64,000 nucleotides of DNA from an uncultured Clostridia bacterium (GTDB taxonomy: Bacteria > Bacillota > Clostridia > Christensenellales > CAG-917): assembly GCA_949286725.1 (NCBI GenBank), contig CASECZ010000005.1, forward strand, positions 5,648 to 69,647, written 5' to 3'. The translations under genes were made by a program, and so were the position numbers. A model generated the notes under the pieces. The model was not told the origin of the DNA and ran no database searches. It was given only the letters and a program-made list of their open reading frames with translations. Shown in pieces: positions 53,553 to 63,811 of the stretch (its first letter is position 1; each line of letters starts with the position of its first letter).

Positions 53553-53945
53553 TCAAGCCGTCTTTCTGACGCGTACGTTGACGGCGATTATTCCCGCCAC
53601 AGTGCCTGCGATAACGGTTGTGATGAGGTCGACGTAATTGAAATTCGCGCTCTTGAAGCCGTCCGCAACCGCGAACACGAACATACACAGCAACATATAG
53701 AGCAGACCCGTCAGCGCGCCTTTTGCCGCTCCGTTCGACGGGGTTTTGAAACCGAGCAGAACTCCCGCCACCAGCGACAACGCCTTTATGACGTAGTTGC
53801 CTATCGTGATGGACGTGTCGTCCAGCGAAGCCCAGCGGACGATGAGGGCGAGTATCAGCACCCCTATCAGCGATATCAACAGCGCGATCAGCGCGGCGCG
53901 GAGCACGTCCGCACCGCTTTTTTTCAACGTATCGGAGTTTTTCAT
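53553..53945 (-). CDS. Small membrane protein, TIGR04086/YrzE-like
   Basis: 130 aa starting at MKNSDTLKK, with 4 predicted TM segments. Only the 3' third of the 652-aa ORF 53553-55511 is credible; the rest is antisense to secD. Confidence 0.6.
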   Translation of the reverse strand: MKNSDTLKKSGADVLRAALIALLISLIGVLILALIVRWASLDDTSITIGNYVIKALSLVAGVLLGFKTPSNGAAKGALTGLLYMLLCMFVFAVADGFKSANFNYVDLITTVIAGTVAGIIAVNVRVRKTA

Positions 53946-54137
53946 ACTAAAAAATATTACGTCCCGCGGCTCGTTATGACGGAATAATGAAAAAGCGGGC
54001 AAAATCGGGCTATAAAGTTGACGAATATGTCTATTATAGTTATAATATACAAAGTCATCGTGCGCGACGCCCTCGCGCGGGCGCACTGACTGACGGCAAA
54101 ACCATTTTCGTGCGTGAAAGCGCAGGAGTAAATCATC

Positions 54138-55484
54138 GTGAACTTGAAGAAATCTATTGTGATTTTGTCTATCGTTGCCGTGTTCATCATTCTGATGACG
54201 GTATTTGCGGTGGTGTCTTTCCCCATCGCCGACACCGTCTACGACTACACGGGCTACGCAAAGACAATCAAACTCGGTCTCGATATGTCGGGCGGCGTTT
54301 CGGCAGTGTTCAACGTCACCGACGACGGTCTGGGCGACCTCGAAACCAGAGTGGACGGCACGGTAATCGCTTTGCAGGAATTGCTTGTGTCCAAAGGGTA
54401 CACCGAATCTTCCGTTACCAAGACCAACAACGGCGACAACTTCGCCATTCGCGTCGAAGTCCCCGACGTGGACGACCCCGAAGCGGTGCTCGACCTCATC
54501 GGACGTCCCGCCAAGTTGGAGTTCAGGGGTGAGGATTCCGCCACCGCGGAAGCCGCAATCGTCGGCAGCAAGCACCTCGAATCCGCATTCGTGACCACGG
54601 ACACCAATGGCAAGTTCGCTGTCGGTCTGAGATTCAACGAAGCCGGTGCCGAAGCGTTCAAGCAACTGACCACCGATTATCTCAACAAGACCGTTTATAT
54701 CTACATCAACGGCGAGAAATATACCGAAGTCAACGTGCAGAGCGTCATCGCGGACGGCAACGCCATAATCACGAGCGGCACGCAAGGCTACACTTACGAC
54801 GAGGCGAAAGACTTCGCAACCCGTTTGCAGTCCGGTGCTTTCGGCGTCGAACTCAAAGTGTCCGAAGTCCGCAACATTTCTCCCACGCTCGGTGAAGACG
54901 CCGTCAAATGGGCACTCGTCGCAGGTGCAATCGGCGTCGCGCTCATCTTCATCTTCATGGGCATCATGTACAGAGGTCTCGGCCTTGCCGCCGACATCGC
55001 GCTGTGCGTCTACATCGTGTTGTTGCTCTGGTTCTGCGCCGTTCTGCCTTGGGTTCAGCTCACGCTCCCCGGCATCGCGGGCATCCTGCTGTCGATAGGT
55101 ATGGCAGTCGACGCCAACATCGTCATTTTCGAGAGAATCCGCGACGAATACAAGCACAGTTCCAAGCCCATTCCTTCCGCAATCAAGGTCGGCTTCAAGC
55201 GTTCCACCGCGGCAATCATCGACGGCAACGTGACGACCATCATCGGCGCGATCGTACTGTGGGTCATCGGCTCCGCGTCCGTCGTCGGTTTTGCGGTCAC
55301 GCTGTTCATCGGTATCATTCTTTCGATGTTCACGTCGCTTGTCATCACCAGGCTGATAATCAAGTGCTTCCTGCCCATCAACAGCACCAGCGCGAAGTTC
55401 TACGGGCTCAAACGCTCCGAGAACGACAAAGAAATTCCGGATTTCATCAAGCATTCCGATACTGCCGACGAGGGGGTAAAGTAA
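54138..55484 (+). CDS. secD: Protein translocase subunit SecD
   Basis: GTG start with an AGGAG RBS. GLDMSGG... and the C-terminal six-TM block with GILLSIGMAVDANIVIFERIRDE. Confidence 0.9.
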   Translation: MNLKKSIVILSIVAVFIILMTVFAVVSFPIADTVYDYTGYAKTIKLGLDMSGGVSAVFNVTDDGLGDLETRVDGTVIALQELLVSKGYTESSVTKTNNGDNFAIRVEVPDVDDPEAVLDLIGRPAKLEFRGEDSATAEAAIVGSKHLESAFVTTDTNGKFAVGLRFNEAGAEAFKQLTTDYLNKTVYIYINGEKYTEVNVQSVIADGNAIITSGTQGYTYDEAKDFATRLQSGAFGVELKVSEVRNISPTLGEDAVKWALVAGAIGVALIFIFMGIMYRGLGLAADIALCVYIVLLLWFCAVLPWVQLTLPGIAGILLSIGMAVDANIVIFERIRDEYKHSSKPIPSAIKVGFKRSTAAIIDGNVTTIIGAIVLWVIGSASVVGFAVTLFIGIILSMFTSLVITRLIIKCFLPINSTSAKFYGLKRSENDKEIPDFIKHSDTADEGVK

Positions 55485-55485
55485 T

Positions 55486-56733
55486 ATGAAAAACACAGGC
55501 AACTTCCTCAACGCATATCAGAACTTCAAAGTCAGCAAAATCAAGGCGTTCACATTTGCGCTGCCTGCGCTCATCGTGGTCATCGCACTTTGCGTGATCA
55601 TCGGCATCGGCGCAACCACGGGCGACTACGCCAACGGCGTCAACATCGGCATTGACTTCCAGGGCGGCACGATGCTGACCGTTACTCTCGGCGACGAACT
55701 CATCAACAACTACGACGAGAACGTCAATAAAATCGTCGACGCAATCGAAAACTGCAAGGACGCCAACGGAAACAGCGTCACCGTAAGTTACATTCAGAAA
55801 CTGTTCGAACCCGGCGCGACGAGCGACCCCGAAGCCGCCGTCACCTTCCGTTACAAGAACGTGTCCGACGACGACACCGTCATCAACGAACTTAACGAGA
55901 AGATAATCGCCGCGGTCGACGCGCTGTATCCCGACATCGTCAACGACGAGGTCAACTTCATCACCTACGAGTCCATCGGCGCGACCGCCGCACAGGATCT
56001 GCTGTCCAAAGCGGGTATAGCGGTTGCGGTGTCCACCGTGCTCATCCTCATCTACATCGTGTTCAGATTTACGCCCGTAAGCGCGTTTGCCGCAGTGCTC
56101 GCGCTGTTGCACGACGTAATCCTCACCTTCGCACTGACCGTCATCTGTCGCGTCCAGATCAACACCTCTTTCGTGGCGGCGATAATCACGATCATAGCGT
56201 ACTCCATCAACAACACGATTATCATCTTCGACCGCTGCCGCGAATACATCAAACCGCTCAAAGGTCAGAAGAACATCGATTACGACGCCATCGGCGACAC
56301 CTCCGTGCGCGAGAATATGCGACGCAGTATATTCACGACCGCAACCACAATGATAACGGTCGTGTTCCTCGCCATTCTCGGCAGCGAGTCCATACGCGAA
56401 TTCTGCGTGCCAATCATTCTCGGTTTGCTTGCAGGCGTATATTCCTCCGTGTTCCTTGCCACGCCTATGTGGGCGGCTTTCAGCAGAACGCAGGATAAGA
56501 TCATGGCAAAACACCGCGCAGGCGTGGCTTACGCCTCCGCGTCCAAATCCGCCGCGGTTGCCGACGAGGACGGCGAGATAATGTTCCCCGATACGCGCGC
56601 AACGGACGACGATGACGACGACACCTTCGAACCGCAGAAGGAAGTCAAGGTGAAGCCCAAGAACAACGCAAAGCCGAAGGGCAAGCCGATATACAAGTAT
56701 TCCAAGAAGAATACGACGTTCAAGAAAAAGTAA
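55486..56733 (+). CDS. secF: Protein translocase subunit SecF with charged C-terminal extension
   Basis: GIDFQGGT..., LLHDVILTFAL and YSINNTIIIFDRCRE. The last roughly 90 aa are Asp- and Lys-rich. Confidence 0.9.
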   Translation: MKNTGNFLNAYQNFKVSKIKAFTFALPALIVVIALCVIIGIGATTGDYANGVNIGIDFQGGTMLTVTLGDELINNYDENVNKIVDAIENCKDANGNSVTVSYIQKLFEPGATSDPEAAVTFRYKNVSDDDTVINELNEKIIAAVDALYPDIVNDEVNFITYESIGATAAQDLLSKAGIAVAVSTVLILIYIVFRFTPVSAFAAVLALLHDVILTFALTVICRVQINTSFVAAIITIIAYSINNTIIIFDRCREYIKPLKGQKNIDYDAIGDTSVRENMRRSIFTTATTMITVVFLAILGSESIREFCVPIILGLLAGVYSSVFLATPMWAAFSRTQDKIMAKHRAGVAYASASKSAAVADEDGEIMFPDTRATDDDDDDTFEPQKEVKVKPKNNAKPKGKPIYKYSKKNTTFKKK

Positions 56734-56809
56734 ACTTAATAACGCCTCCCGAACGGAGGCGTTATTGCATAAACGGCGGCGGGTTGCGCCGTCGGCAAGA
56801 GGAGAAGAC

Positions 56810-59071
56810 ATGTCACTTCAAAAAGACGTCGGCAAGAGAAGTCAGGGAGGAAAGAGCATTTCCCCCGTTTTCGCGCGGCTGCTTGCGAACAGGGGCATTT
56901 CTCCCGAAGAGGTGTCCGCATTCCTCAATCCGTCGCTCGACAATCTCTCATCGCCTTACGACATCTACGGTCTGAAAGAGGCGGCTGACAGGCTTCGTCG
57001 CGCGGTCGCGCACAAGGAGAAAATCCTGATTTTCGGCGACTACGACTGCGACGGCATATGTGCAATCGCAATTCTCATGCTCGCACTAAAAGGCAGGGCG
57101 GACGCGGCATATTTCATTCCCAACCGTCTTACGGACGGTTACGGTATGAACGTGGAACTGCTGCGCAACATAGTTGCTCACCGCCGTCCCGACCTCGTCG
57201 TGACCGTCGACTGCGGCATAACGTCTGTGGAAGAGGTTGCGTTTTTGAAGAGCCAGGGCATCGACGTCGTCGTAACCGACCACCACGAACCGCAGGAGCA
57301 GGTGCCCGATTGCATAATCGCGGACGCCAAAATGGACAAGAAAGGGTTTTACGACCTGTGCGGTGCGGGAGTTGCGCTCAAACTGGTGCAGGCTCTCTTC
57401 GGCGACGAATACAAAGAGTATCTCGACATCTGCGCGATTGCGACAATAGCCGACGTGGTGCCGCTCGTCAAGGACAACAGGATTATCGCCTATTACGGAC
57501 TGCGCAAGTGCACGGAAAGTCCGCGCCGCGGGATAAAACTGCTCGCGGGGACGGAAAAGCCGACTTCGCAGGACGTGATGTTCCGAATTGCACCGAGAAT
57601 AAATGCCGCGGGCAGGTTGGGTTCGGCAATGAAAGCCGTGGATTTGTTCCTGGACGAGGACTATTTTCTGCTCAAATCGCTGGCGGAGGAGCTGGAACGC
57701 GACAATACGCGCCGTCAGCAGATTTGCGAACAGGTTGTGCGCGAGGCAGAAAAAGCGTTGCGCGGCATAGATTTCCTCAAAACGCGCATCATCGTTCTGC
57801 ACAACGCCGAATGGGAGGCGGGAGTGCTCGGTATAGCCGCGGCGAGACTGGTGGAGGAATTCAAGTGTCCCGCAATTCTGTTTTCGGGTGACGGCGACGA
57901 GTACAAAGGTTCCGCACGCTCCGTGAAGTCCGTGAACATTTTCGAAGTGCTTTCCCGCCACGCGGGGATGTTCACCACCTTCGGCGGGCACTCCCAAGCC
58001 GCGGGTGTCGGCATAAAAGCGGAGAATTTCGAGGCGTTCCGCAAAGCAATTGTCGAGGACGTGGCGGCAAACTACGCCGCGACCGACTTCCTTCCCGTCG
58101 AGAGTTACGACCTGCAACTGGACGGCAAGCAGGACTTCCTTGCGCTTGCAAAGGAACTGGAATTGTTGGAACCCACGGGTTACGGCAACCCGAAACCCGA
58201 GTTTCTCCTCGTCGAAGACGGGCTGAAATTCGAGCGCGTGGGGTTCGGGCCTCACGTCAAGTGCGTGAAAGGCGACCTCGAACTTATGGGATTTTCGCGC
58301 TATACGTCGCTTGTCGGAACGACGCGCGGCAGTACGGCGGTCGGCTTTTCGCTGGGCGTGAACGTGTTTCAGAACAGAGTTTACGCGCAGGGCATATTGC
58401 GCGACGTGACGGTAAAACGCGTGCAGGTCGGCGACGACGAGGCGCGCAGAATGTGTTTGCACCAACTTTCGTGCGAGGGAATTTGCAATCTTGCGCCCAT
58501 AACTTGCGATTGCGCGAGCGAATACGCGCGCATACCGTTCGGGACTGCGTTCGTCGTGTTCACGCAAGCGGAATACGAAAGACTGATACGCGACGTCGAA
58601 GGCACGCAGGCGTTGCCCGTATTCGTGGGGACGCAAAAGTGGCTCAACCCGCAGACCTGCGTTGTGTTTGCCCCGTCGGAGCACTTCGATTTCGGTTATT
58701 TTACGCGCGTCGTGATTGCGGGCAGGGCGCTTACGGAAGGTTATCTCGCCACGCTTGCGGGCAGTACGGAGTGCCTCGACCTGTACGGCGAAACGCCTTG
58801 TGCACCCCGTCTTTCGGACGACGAAATCCGCGCCGCGTTTATGGCGTTCGACGCTGTTGCGCGCAAAAAGGAGAGAGCCGCATCCCCCGCCGCGCTTGCC
58901 GTTCTCGTCAGGCAAAAGTCGGGTTTGAATGCGGAAAAATACGAAATTTCGCGGCGTATATTGACGGATTTGGGATTGATTTCCGTTTCCGACAGGGGTA
59001 TTATTACTGTATGCAGAAACAAGACCGACCTCGGTCTTTCCGCAGTATATCGCAACGTGAGGATCAAATGA
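56810..59071 (+). CDS. recJ: Single-stranded-DNA-specific exonuclease RecJ
   Basis: DHH motifs (IFGDYDCDGICA, VTVDCGI, VVTDHHEP) and DHHA1 (GGHSQAAG). Start at MSLQKD with a GAGGAG RBS. Confidence 0.9.
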   Translation: MSLQKDVGKRSQGGKSISPVFARLLANRGISPEEVSAFLNPSLDNLSSPYDIYGLKEAADRLRRAVAHKEKILIFGDYDCDGICAIAILMLALKGRADAAYFIPNRLTDGYGMNVELLRNIVAHRRPDLVVTVDCGITSVEEVAFLKSQGIDVVVTDHHEPQEQVPDCIIADAKMDKKGFYDLCGAGVALKLVQALFGDEYKEYLDICAIATIADVVPLVKDNRIIAYYGLRKCTESPRRGIKLLAGTEKPTSQDVMFRIAPRINAAGRLGSAMKAVDLFLDEDYFLLKSLAEELERDNTRRQQICEQVVREAEKALRGIDFLKTRIIVLHNAEWEAGVLGIAAARLVEEFKCPAILFSGDGDEYKGSARSVKSVNIFEVLSRHAGMFTTFGGHSQAAGVGIKAENFEAFRKAIVEDVAANYAATDFLPVESYDLQLDGKQDFLALAKELELLEPTGYGNPKPEFLLVEDGLKFERVGFGPHVKCVKGDLELMGFSRYTSLVGTTRGSTAVGFSLGVNVFQNRVYAQGILRDVTVKRVQVGDDEARRMCLHQLSCEGICNLAPITCDCASEYARIPFGTAFVVFTQAEYERLIRDVEGTQALPVFVGTQKWLNPQTCVVFAPSEHFDFGYFTRVVIAGRALTEGYLATLAGSTECLDLYGETPCAPRLSDDEIRAAFMAFDAVARKKERAASPAALAVLVRQKSGLNAEKYEISRRILTDLGLISVSDRGIITVCRNKTDLGLSAVYRNVRIK

Positions 59072-61200
59072 ACGAATTGCTCGTCAAATTACGCAAGGCT
59101 TATCCCGACCGTTACGCCGAGATAAAAAAAGCCTACGAATTCGCAAAGGCCGCCCACGAGGGGCAAAAGCGCAGTTCGGGTGAAGACTATTTCATTCACC
59201 CGTGCGCCGTCGTGGAAATTCTTGCGGATTTCGGGTTTGACAGTTCCACGGTCATCGCCGCGTTCCTGCACGACGTGCTCGAAGACACGTCCGTCACGCC
59301 GGAACAACTCGCCGCGGAATTCGGGCAGGAAATTCTCGAACTCGTCGAGGGCGTCACGAAACTCGACAAACTGCAATTCACCAACCGCGAAGAGGCGCAG
59401 GCGGAGAACTTCCGCAAGTTCTTCATGGCACTTGCGAAGGACCTGCGCGTCATCATCGTGAAACTTGCCGACCGCCTTCACAACATGCGGTCGCTCAAAT
59501 ACCTTCCCCCCGAAAAACAACAGTATATAGCGCGCGAAACGCTGGATATTTACGCGCCGCTTGCGGGCAGACTGGGAATATCCTTCTTCAAATGCGAGCT
59601 CGAAGACCTCGCAATGATGTACCTGTACCCCGACGAGTACAAGTACATAACGGAGTGCATAAGCAAAAAGCGCGGGGAAAGGCAGGAACTTCTCGACGGA
59701 ATAATGGCCCAGATCAGGGACAAGATGGCCGAACTGGACATCAAAGGCGAGGTCAACGGCAGACCGAAACACTTTTATTCCGTCTACAAGAAGATGCACC
59801 AGTTGCACATCGACGTCGACCAGATTTACGACCTGCTCGCCGTGCGTATCATAGTGGACAGCATAAAGGACTGCTATACGATGCTCGGCGAAGTGCACAC
59901 GATGTGGAAGCCCATTCCCGGCAGGTTCAAGGACTATATTGCAATGCCGAAAGCAAACAACTATCAGTCCTTGCACACGACGGTCGTTGCCGACGGCGAG
60001 ACGTTCGAGATACAGATACGCACCTACGAAATGCACCGCATCGCCGAATACGGCATAGCCGCGCACTGGAAATACAAAGAGGGCACGACGGGCGTCGATA
60101 CCGACCTCGACAACAAGGTCAGGTGGCTGCGCGAAGTCATGGACGCCGAAAAGGACGTCGGCGGCGCGAAGGAGTTTATGGACGCCATCAAAATCAACGT
60201 CTTCGACGACGAGGTGTTCGTGTTCACTCCCAAGGGCGACGTGTACGACCTTCCCGTGGGGTCCACGCCCGTGGACCTTGCCTACAAAATCCACTCGGCA
60301 ATCGGCAACAAGTGCACGGGCGCGAAGATAAACCGCAAAATCGTGCCGCTGTCCACCAAGTTGCAGACGGGCGATATAGTGGAAATTCTGACCGCCAACG
60401 GCAAAGGACCCAGCCTCGACTGGCTGAAATTCGTGAGGACTTCGTCCGCGCGCTCGCGCATACGACAATATTTTAAGAAAGAACAGCGCGAAGAGAACGT
60501 GCGCCGCGGCAAGGAAATGCTTGAAAAGGAAGCCCGCCGACGCGGTTACAATCTGGGCGACCTCATGCAGTTGGGGGCGTTGGACGGCATTTTGCAGAGG
60601 CTGTCGGTGTCGAACGAAGAGGATTTGTACGCCAACGTCGGTTTCGGCGGCATAAGCACCAATCAGGTGCTTTCGAAACTGGTCGAAGCCTTCCGCAAAC
60701 AGAACCCCGACGAGCACATCGAAGTCACGTTAGGGGAGAACCAGGGCGAACACAGACCGCGCTCGAAGAGCGGCGTCCTCATTAACGGCAACGCGAACTT
60801 CACGGTCAGAATGGCGCATTGCTGCACGCCCGTCCCAGGCGACGAAATCATAGGCTACATCTCCCGCGGCAGAGGGGTGTCCGTCCACCGCAAGGACTGT
60901 CCCAACATCAAGTCGATGGAACCCGAACGTCTCATCGAAGCGGTATGGGATACGGGCGGCGACGAAAACTTCAACGTGACGTTGTACATCACGGCGGAAA
61001 ACTCGGGCGGAATGCTTGCCGGCATCACGGCGTATATCGCGGCGGCGAAGATGCCGATTACGGGCGCGAACGTCAAGGTCGACAGCAAGGAACACATAGC
61101 CGACATAACGATAAGCGTGCTTATCAAGAACGTGGACGACCTCGAAGACCTGGTCAAGAAGATAAAGAGCATTCACGGCGTCATCGACGTACGCAGATGA
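59068..61200 (+). CDS. relA: Bifunctional (p)ppGpp synthetase/hydrolase (RelA/SpoT homologue)
   Basis: HD domain (AHEGQKRSSGEDYFIHP...LHDVLEDT), synthetase domain (YQSLHTTV), TGS and ACT domains. The start overlaps the recJ stop. Confidence 0.93.
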   Translation: MNELLVKLRKAYPDRYAEIKKAYEFAKAAHEGQKRSSGEDYFIHPCAVVEILADFGFDSSTVIAAFLHDVLEDTSVTPEQLAAEFGQEILELVEGVTKLDKLQFTNREEAQAENFRKFFMALAKDLRVIIVKLADRLHNMRSLKYLPPEKQQYIARETLDIYAPLAGRLGISFFKCELEDLAMMYLYPDEYKYITECISKKRGERQELLDGIMAQIRDKMAELDIKGEVNGRPKHFYSVYKKMHQLHIDVDQIYDLLAVRIIVDSIKDCYTMLGEVHTMWKPIPGRFKDYIAMPKANNYQSLHTTVVADGETFEIQIRTYEMHRIAEYGIAAHWKYKEGTTGVDTDLDNKVRWLREVMDAEKDVGGAKEFMDAIKINVFDDEVFVFTPKGDVYDLPVGSTPVDLAYKIHSAIGNKCTGAKINRKIVPLSTKLQTGDIVEILTANGKGPSLDWLKFVRTSSARSRIRQYFKKEQREENVRRGKEMLEKEARRRGYNLGDLMQLGALDGILQRLSVSNEEDLYANVGFGGISTNQVLSKLVEAFRKQNPDEHIEVTLGENQGEHRPRSKSGVLINGNANFTVRMAHCCTPVPGDEIIGYISRGRGVSVHRKDCPNIKSMEPERLIEAVWDTGGDENFNVTLYITAENSGGMLAGITAYIAAAKMPITGANVKVDSKEHIADITISVLIKNVDDLEDLVKKIKSIHGVIDVRR

Positions 61201-61255
61201 CAAAGTGCACGTTAAACGTGCAAAAACGACGGAAAAACGTCGTTTTCGGCGAAAT

Positions 61256-61873
61256 ATGAAGATAATTACTTTTTACACGACCGAACTTGAAACCAACACG
61301 TATCTCGTCCTGAACGGGGCGGAGGCTTTCGTGGTGGACGCGGGCGGACGCGCCGACGAGATTGCGCGTTACGCCGAAAAGGAGGGCGCGAAAATCGTCG
61401 CCGTTCTGCTTACGCACGCGCACTACGACCACATCGGCGGCGTTGCCGAACTGCAACGCGGAGGCGCGTTGGTGATTATGCACGAGGACGATTTCCCGTT
61501 GGTCGGCTCCTACAAGAACCTCGCGTTCTATACGGGCGTCAAGGTGGAAAAGTTCGTGCCCGACATCACGGTCAGAGGCGGGGAGACGCTCTCCGTCGCG
61601 GGTATGGACGTAAAGGTCATTCACACCCCCGGGCACACTGCGGGCAGCGTGTGCTACGTCGTCGGCGACTGCATTTTCACGGGGGATACCGTATTCGAAC
61701 TTTCCTACGGGCGCACGGACTTTCCTACGGGCAGTTTCGCCGCGCTGAAAAACAGCATAATCAACAAGCTGTTCACGCTGAAAGGCGACTATACGCTTTA
61801 TACGGGTCACGGCAATCCCACCACGCTGGACTTCGAAAGAAAGAACAATCCCATTCTGTCGGACAAAGACTGA
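61256..61873 (+). CDS. MBL-fold metallo-hydrolase (glyoxalase II-like)
   Basis: MKIITFYTTELETNTYLV...LLTHAHYDHIGG...TPGHTAGS. Confidence 0.85.
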   Translation: MKIITFYTTELETNTYLVLNGAEAFVVDAGGRADEIARYAEKEGAKIVAVLLTHAHYDHIGGVAELQRGGALVIMHEDDFPLVGSYKNLAFYTGVKVEKFVPDITVRGGETLSVAGMDVKVIHTPGHTAGSVCYVVGDCIFTGDTVFELSYGRTDFPTGSFAALKNSIINKLFTLKGDYTLYTGHGNPTTLDFERKNNPILSDKD

Positions 61874-61885
61874 CATTCGACGCAG

Positions 61886-63280
61886 ATGATAAGTTTTTCC
61901 TGTACAAACGAGAACTACGCAAACGACCTTATGGAACTCGTCCGCGCATTCGAACAGCGCACGGATGAGAACCTTTCGTTGGACGTGGAGTATTCCGTGC
62001 GTGACGGGGAAATGGTCGTAAAACTGACATCTAACCGATTCGATTGCTTTTCCAAGTACTACCGATATCACTTTTCGGCGGCGGACGAAACCGAGAAAAA
62101 ACGTCTGGAAAAACGCTATCTCAAAATGGCAATCTACGGCACGCTCGTGTTTTTGACGGGGGTCACTTTGCCGTACGGTTGCCTGACGGGCATACGTCCC
62201 ACCAAACTCTATGCCGAACTCGGCGAGGATGCTCACAGAATGTTCGCGGAGGATTTTTCGGTGTCGCCCGAAAAGGTCGCGCTAATCGAAAAGACGGTGG
62301 AAACGCAGAAAGGACTGCGAAACGAGTCGGAAAACGACTGTGACTTTTTCGTGTTTATTCCTTTTTGTCCCACGAAATGCGCGTACTGTTCTTTTGTTTC
62401 TTTGCCCATCGACAGGCAACGCAAACTTCTGCAACCTTACACCGACTGCCTCGTGCGGGAAATCAGGTATCTGCGTTCGGTCATCGACAAGCAGAAAAAG
62501 AAGGTGCGCAGCGTATATATCGGAGGCGGAACGCCTACGGCGTTGCCCGTGGCAATGCTGGACGCCGTACTCGCGGAGTGTCATTTCGACGTGCCCGAAT
62601 TCACGGTGGAAGCGGGCAGACCCGACACCATAACGCCCAAGGTGCTGAAATTGCTGGAAAGCCACGGGGTGACGCGCATATCCGTCAATCCGCAGACCTT
62701 CAACGACGCCACTCTGGCGCGGATAGGCAGGGCGCACACCACCGAGGACGTGATAAAGGCGTACAAACGCGCGAAAAAGCGGTTCGACGTCAATATGGAC
62801 CTCATCGCAATGCTGCCCGAGGAGAGCGTGGAGGATTTCGCACGGTCGGTGGACAAGGCGGTGGAATTGTCGCCCGCCGACATCACGGTGCACACGTTGT
62901 ATCTCAAACGCGGTTCCGCGCTCAAAAACGCGGGTTATCGCAACACCGACCACGCCGACGCCGAGCGTATGGTGGATTACGCCTTTGCCAAGCTGACGGA
63001 GGCGGGGTATAATCCGTACTATATGTACCGTCAGAAATACACCAGCGGCAACCTCGAAAACGTGGGGTACGCCAAGGCGGGGAAGGAGTGCATATACAAC
63101 ATCGACATAATGGAGGAGGACACCTCCGTTTTCGCGGCGGGTGCGGCGGCGATATCCAAGAAAGTGACACGCTCGATAAATCTCATCGAACGCAACGCGA
63201 ATTACAAGGAGCCGCTGGAATACGTCAAGCATTTCGACGAGGTTCTTGCAAGGCAGAAGGCGTTCTGGGAAGGCGAATGA
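61886..63280 (+). CDS. Radical SAM protein, HemN-family (HemZ-like coproporphyrinogen dehydrogenase homologue)
   Basis: CPTKCAYCSF cluster motif, YIGGGTPT. An N-terminal roughly 150-aa extension is typical of HemZ-type proteins. Confidence 0.75.
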   Translation: MISFSCTNENYANDLMELVRAFEQRTDENLSLDVEYSVRDGEMVVKLTSNRFDCFSKYYRYHFSAADETEKKRLEKRYLKMAIYGTLVFLTGVTLPYGCLTGIRPTKLYAELGEDAHRMFAEDFSVSPEKVALIEKTVETQKGLRNESENDCDFFVFIPFCPTKCAYCSFVSLPIDRQRKLLQPYTDCLVREIRYLRSVIDKQKKKVRSVYIGGGTPTALPVAMLDAVLAECHFDVPEFTVEAGRPDTITPKVLKLLESHGVTRISVNPQTFNDATLARIGRAHTTEDVIKAYKRAKKRFDVNMDLIAMLPEESVEDFARSVDKAVELSPADITVHTLYLKRGSALKNAGYRNTDHADAERMVDYAFAKLTEAGYNPYYMYRQKYTSGNLENVGYAKAGKECIYNIDIMEEDTSVFAAGAAAISKKVTRSINLIERNANYKEPLEYVKHFDEVLARQKAFWEGE

Positions 63281-63353
63281 CGGATGTTTTCCGACGGACG
63301 CCTTTTATGTTATTTATATATGAAAATTTACGGAAAATGGGACGTTAAATCAG

Positions 63354-63382
63354 TTTACATTCCGTTTTTTGTGTGATAATAT
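63354..63382 (+). promoter_or_regulatory. Promoter candidate for rpsO
   Basis: TTTACA, 17-nt spacer, TAATAT (with an upstream TGTG). Confidence 0.45.
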
Positions 63383-63472
63383 AGGCAATGTACTTCTTAC
63401 GAGGTTCGTCCGAAACTCCGTGGTCGGACTTGGTTTGAAGCGAATCTTTTATCCAACGAAGGAGGTTAAACA

Positions 63473-63736
63473 ATGGATAAAATTCAAAAACAGGAAATCA
63501 TCGCAAAGTACGGTCGCAAAGAGGGCGACACGGGTTCTCCCGAGGTTCAGATCGCGCTGCTCACCGGCAGAATTCAGGAGCTCACCGAGCATCTTAAAGT
63601 CCACAAGAAAGATCACCATTCCAGACGCGGTTTGCTTATGATGGTCGGTCAGAGAAGAAGCCTTCTCGACTACCTCAAAAAAACCGATATCGAGCGTTAT
63701 CGTGCTATCGTCGCCTCTCTGGGATTGAGAAAGTAA
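63473..63736 (+). CDS. rpsO: 30S ribosomal protein S15
   Basis: [54 protein letters not shown]. Confidence 0.97.
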   Translation: MDKIQKQEIIAKYGRKEGDTGSPEVQIALLTGRIQELTEHLKVHKKDHHSRRGLLMMVGQRRSLLDYLKKTDIERYRAIVASLGLRK

Positions 63737-63741
63737 AATTG

Positions 63742-63772
63742 TCGGGTGCGTTGTTTCCGCACCCGATTTTTT
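63742..63772 (+). terminator. Intrinsic terminator/attenuator between rpsO and pnp
   Basis: TCGGGTGCG-ttgtttc-CGCACCCGA followed by TTTTTT. Confidence 0.75.
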
Positions 63773-63811
63773 ATAAAACAGGATATGACGGAATATCCAG
63801 AAGGAGTTAAA

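Noticed and set aside
53946-55511. Upstream 520 codons of the 652-aa minus-strand ORF 53553-55511
   Set aside because: This part is antisense to secD. Only the last 130 codons form a plausible membrane protein: they follow MKNSDTLKK, lie after the secD upstream region, and have 4 predicted TM segments.
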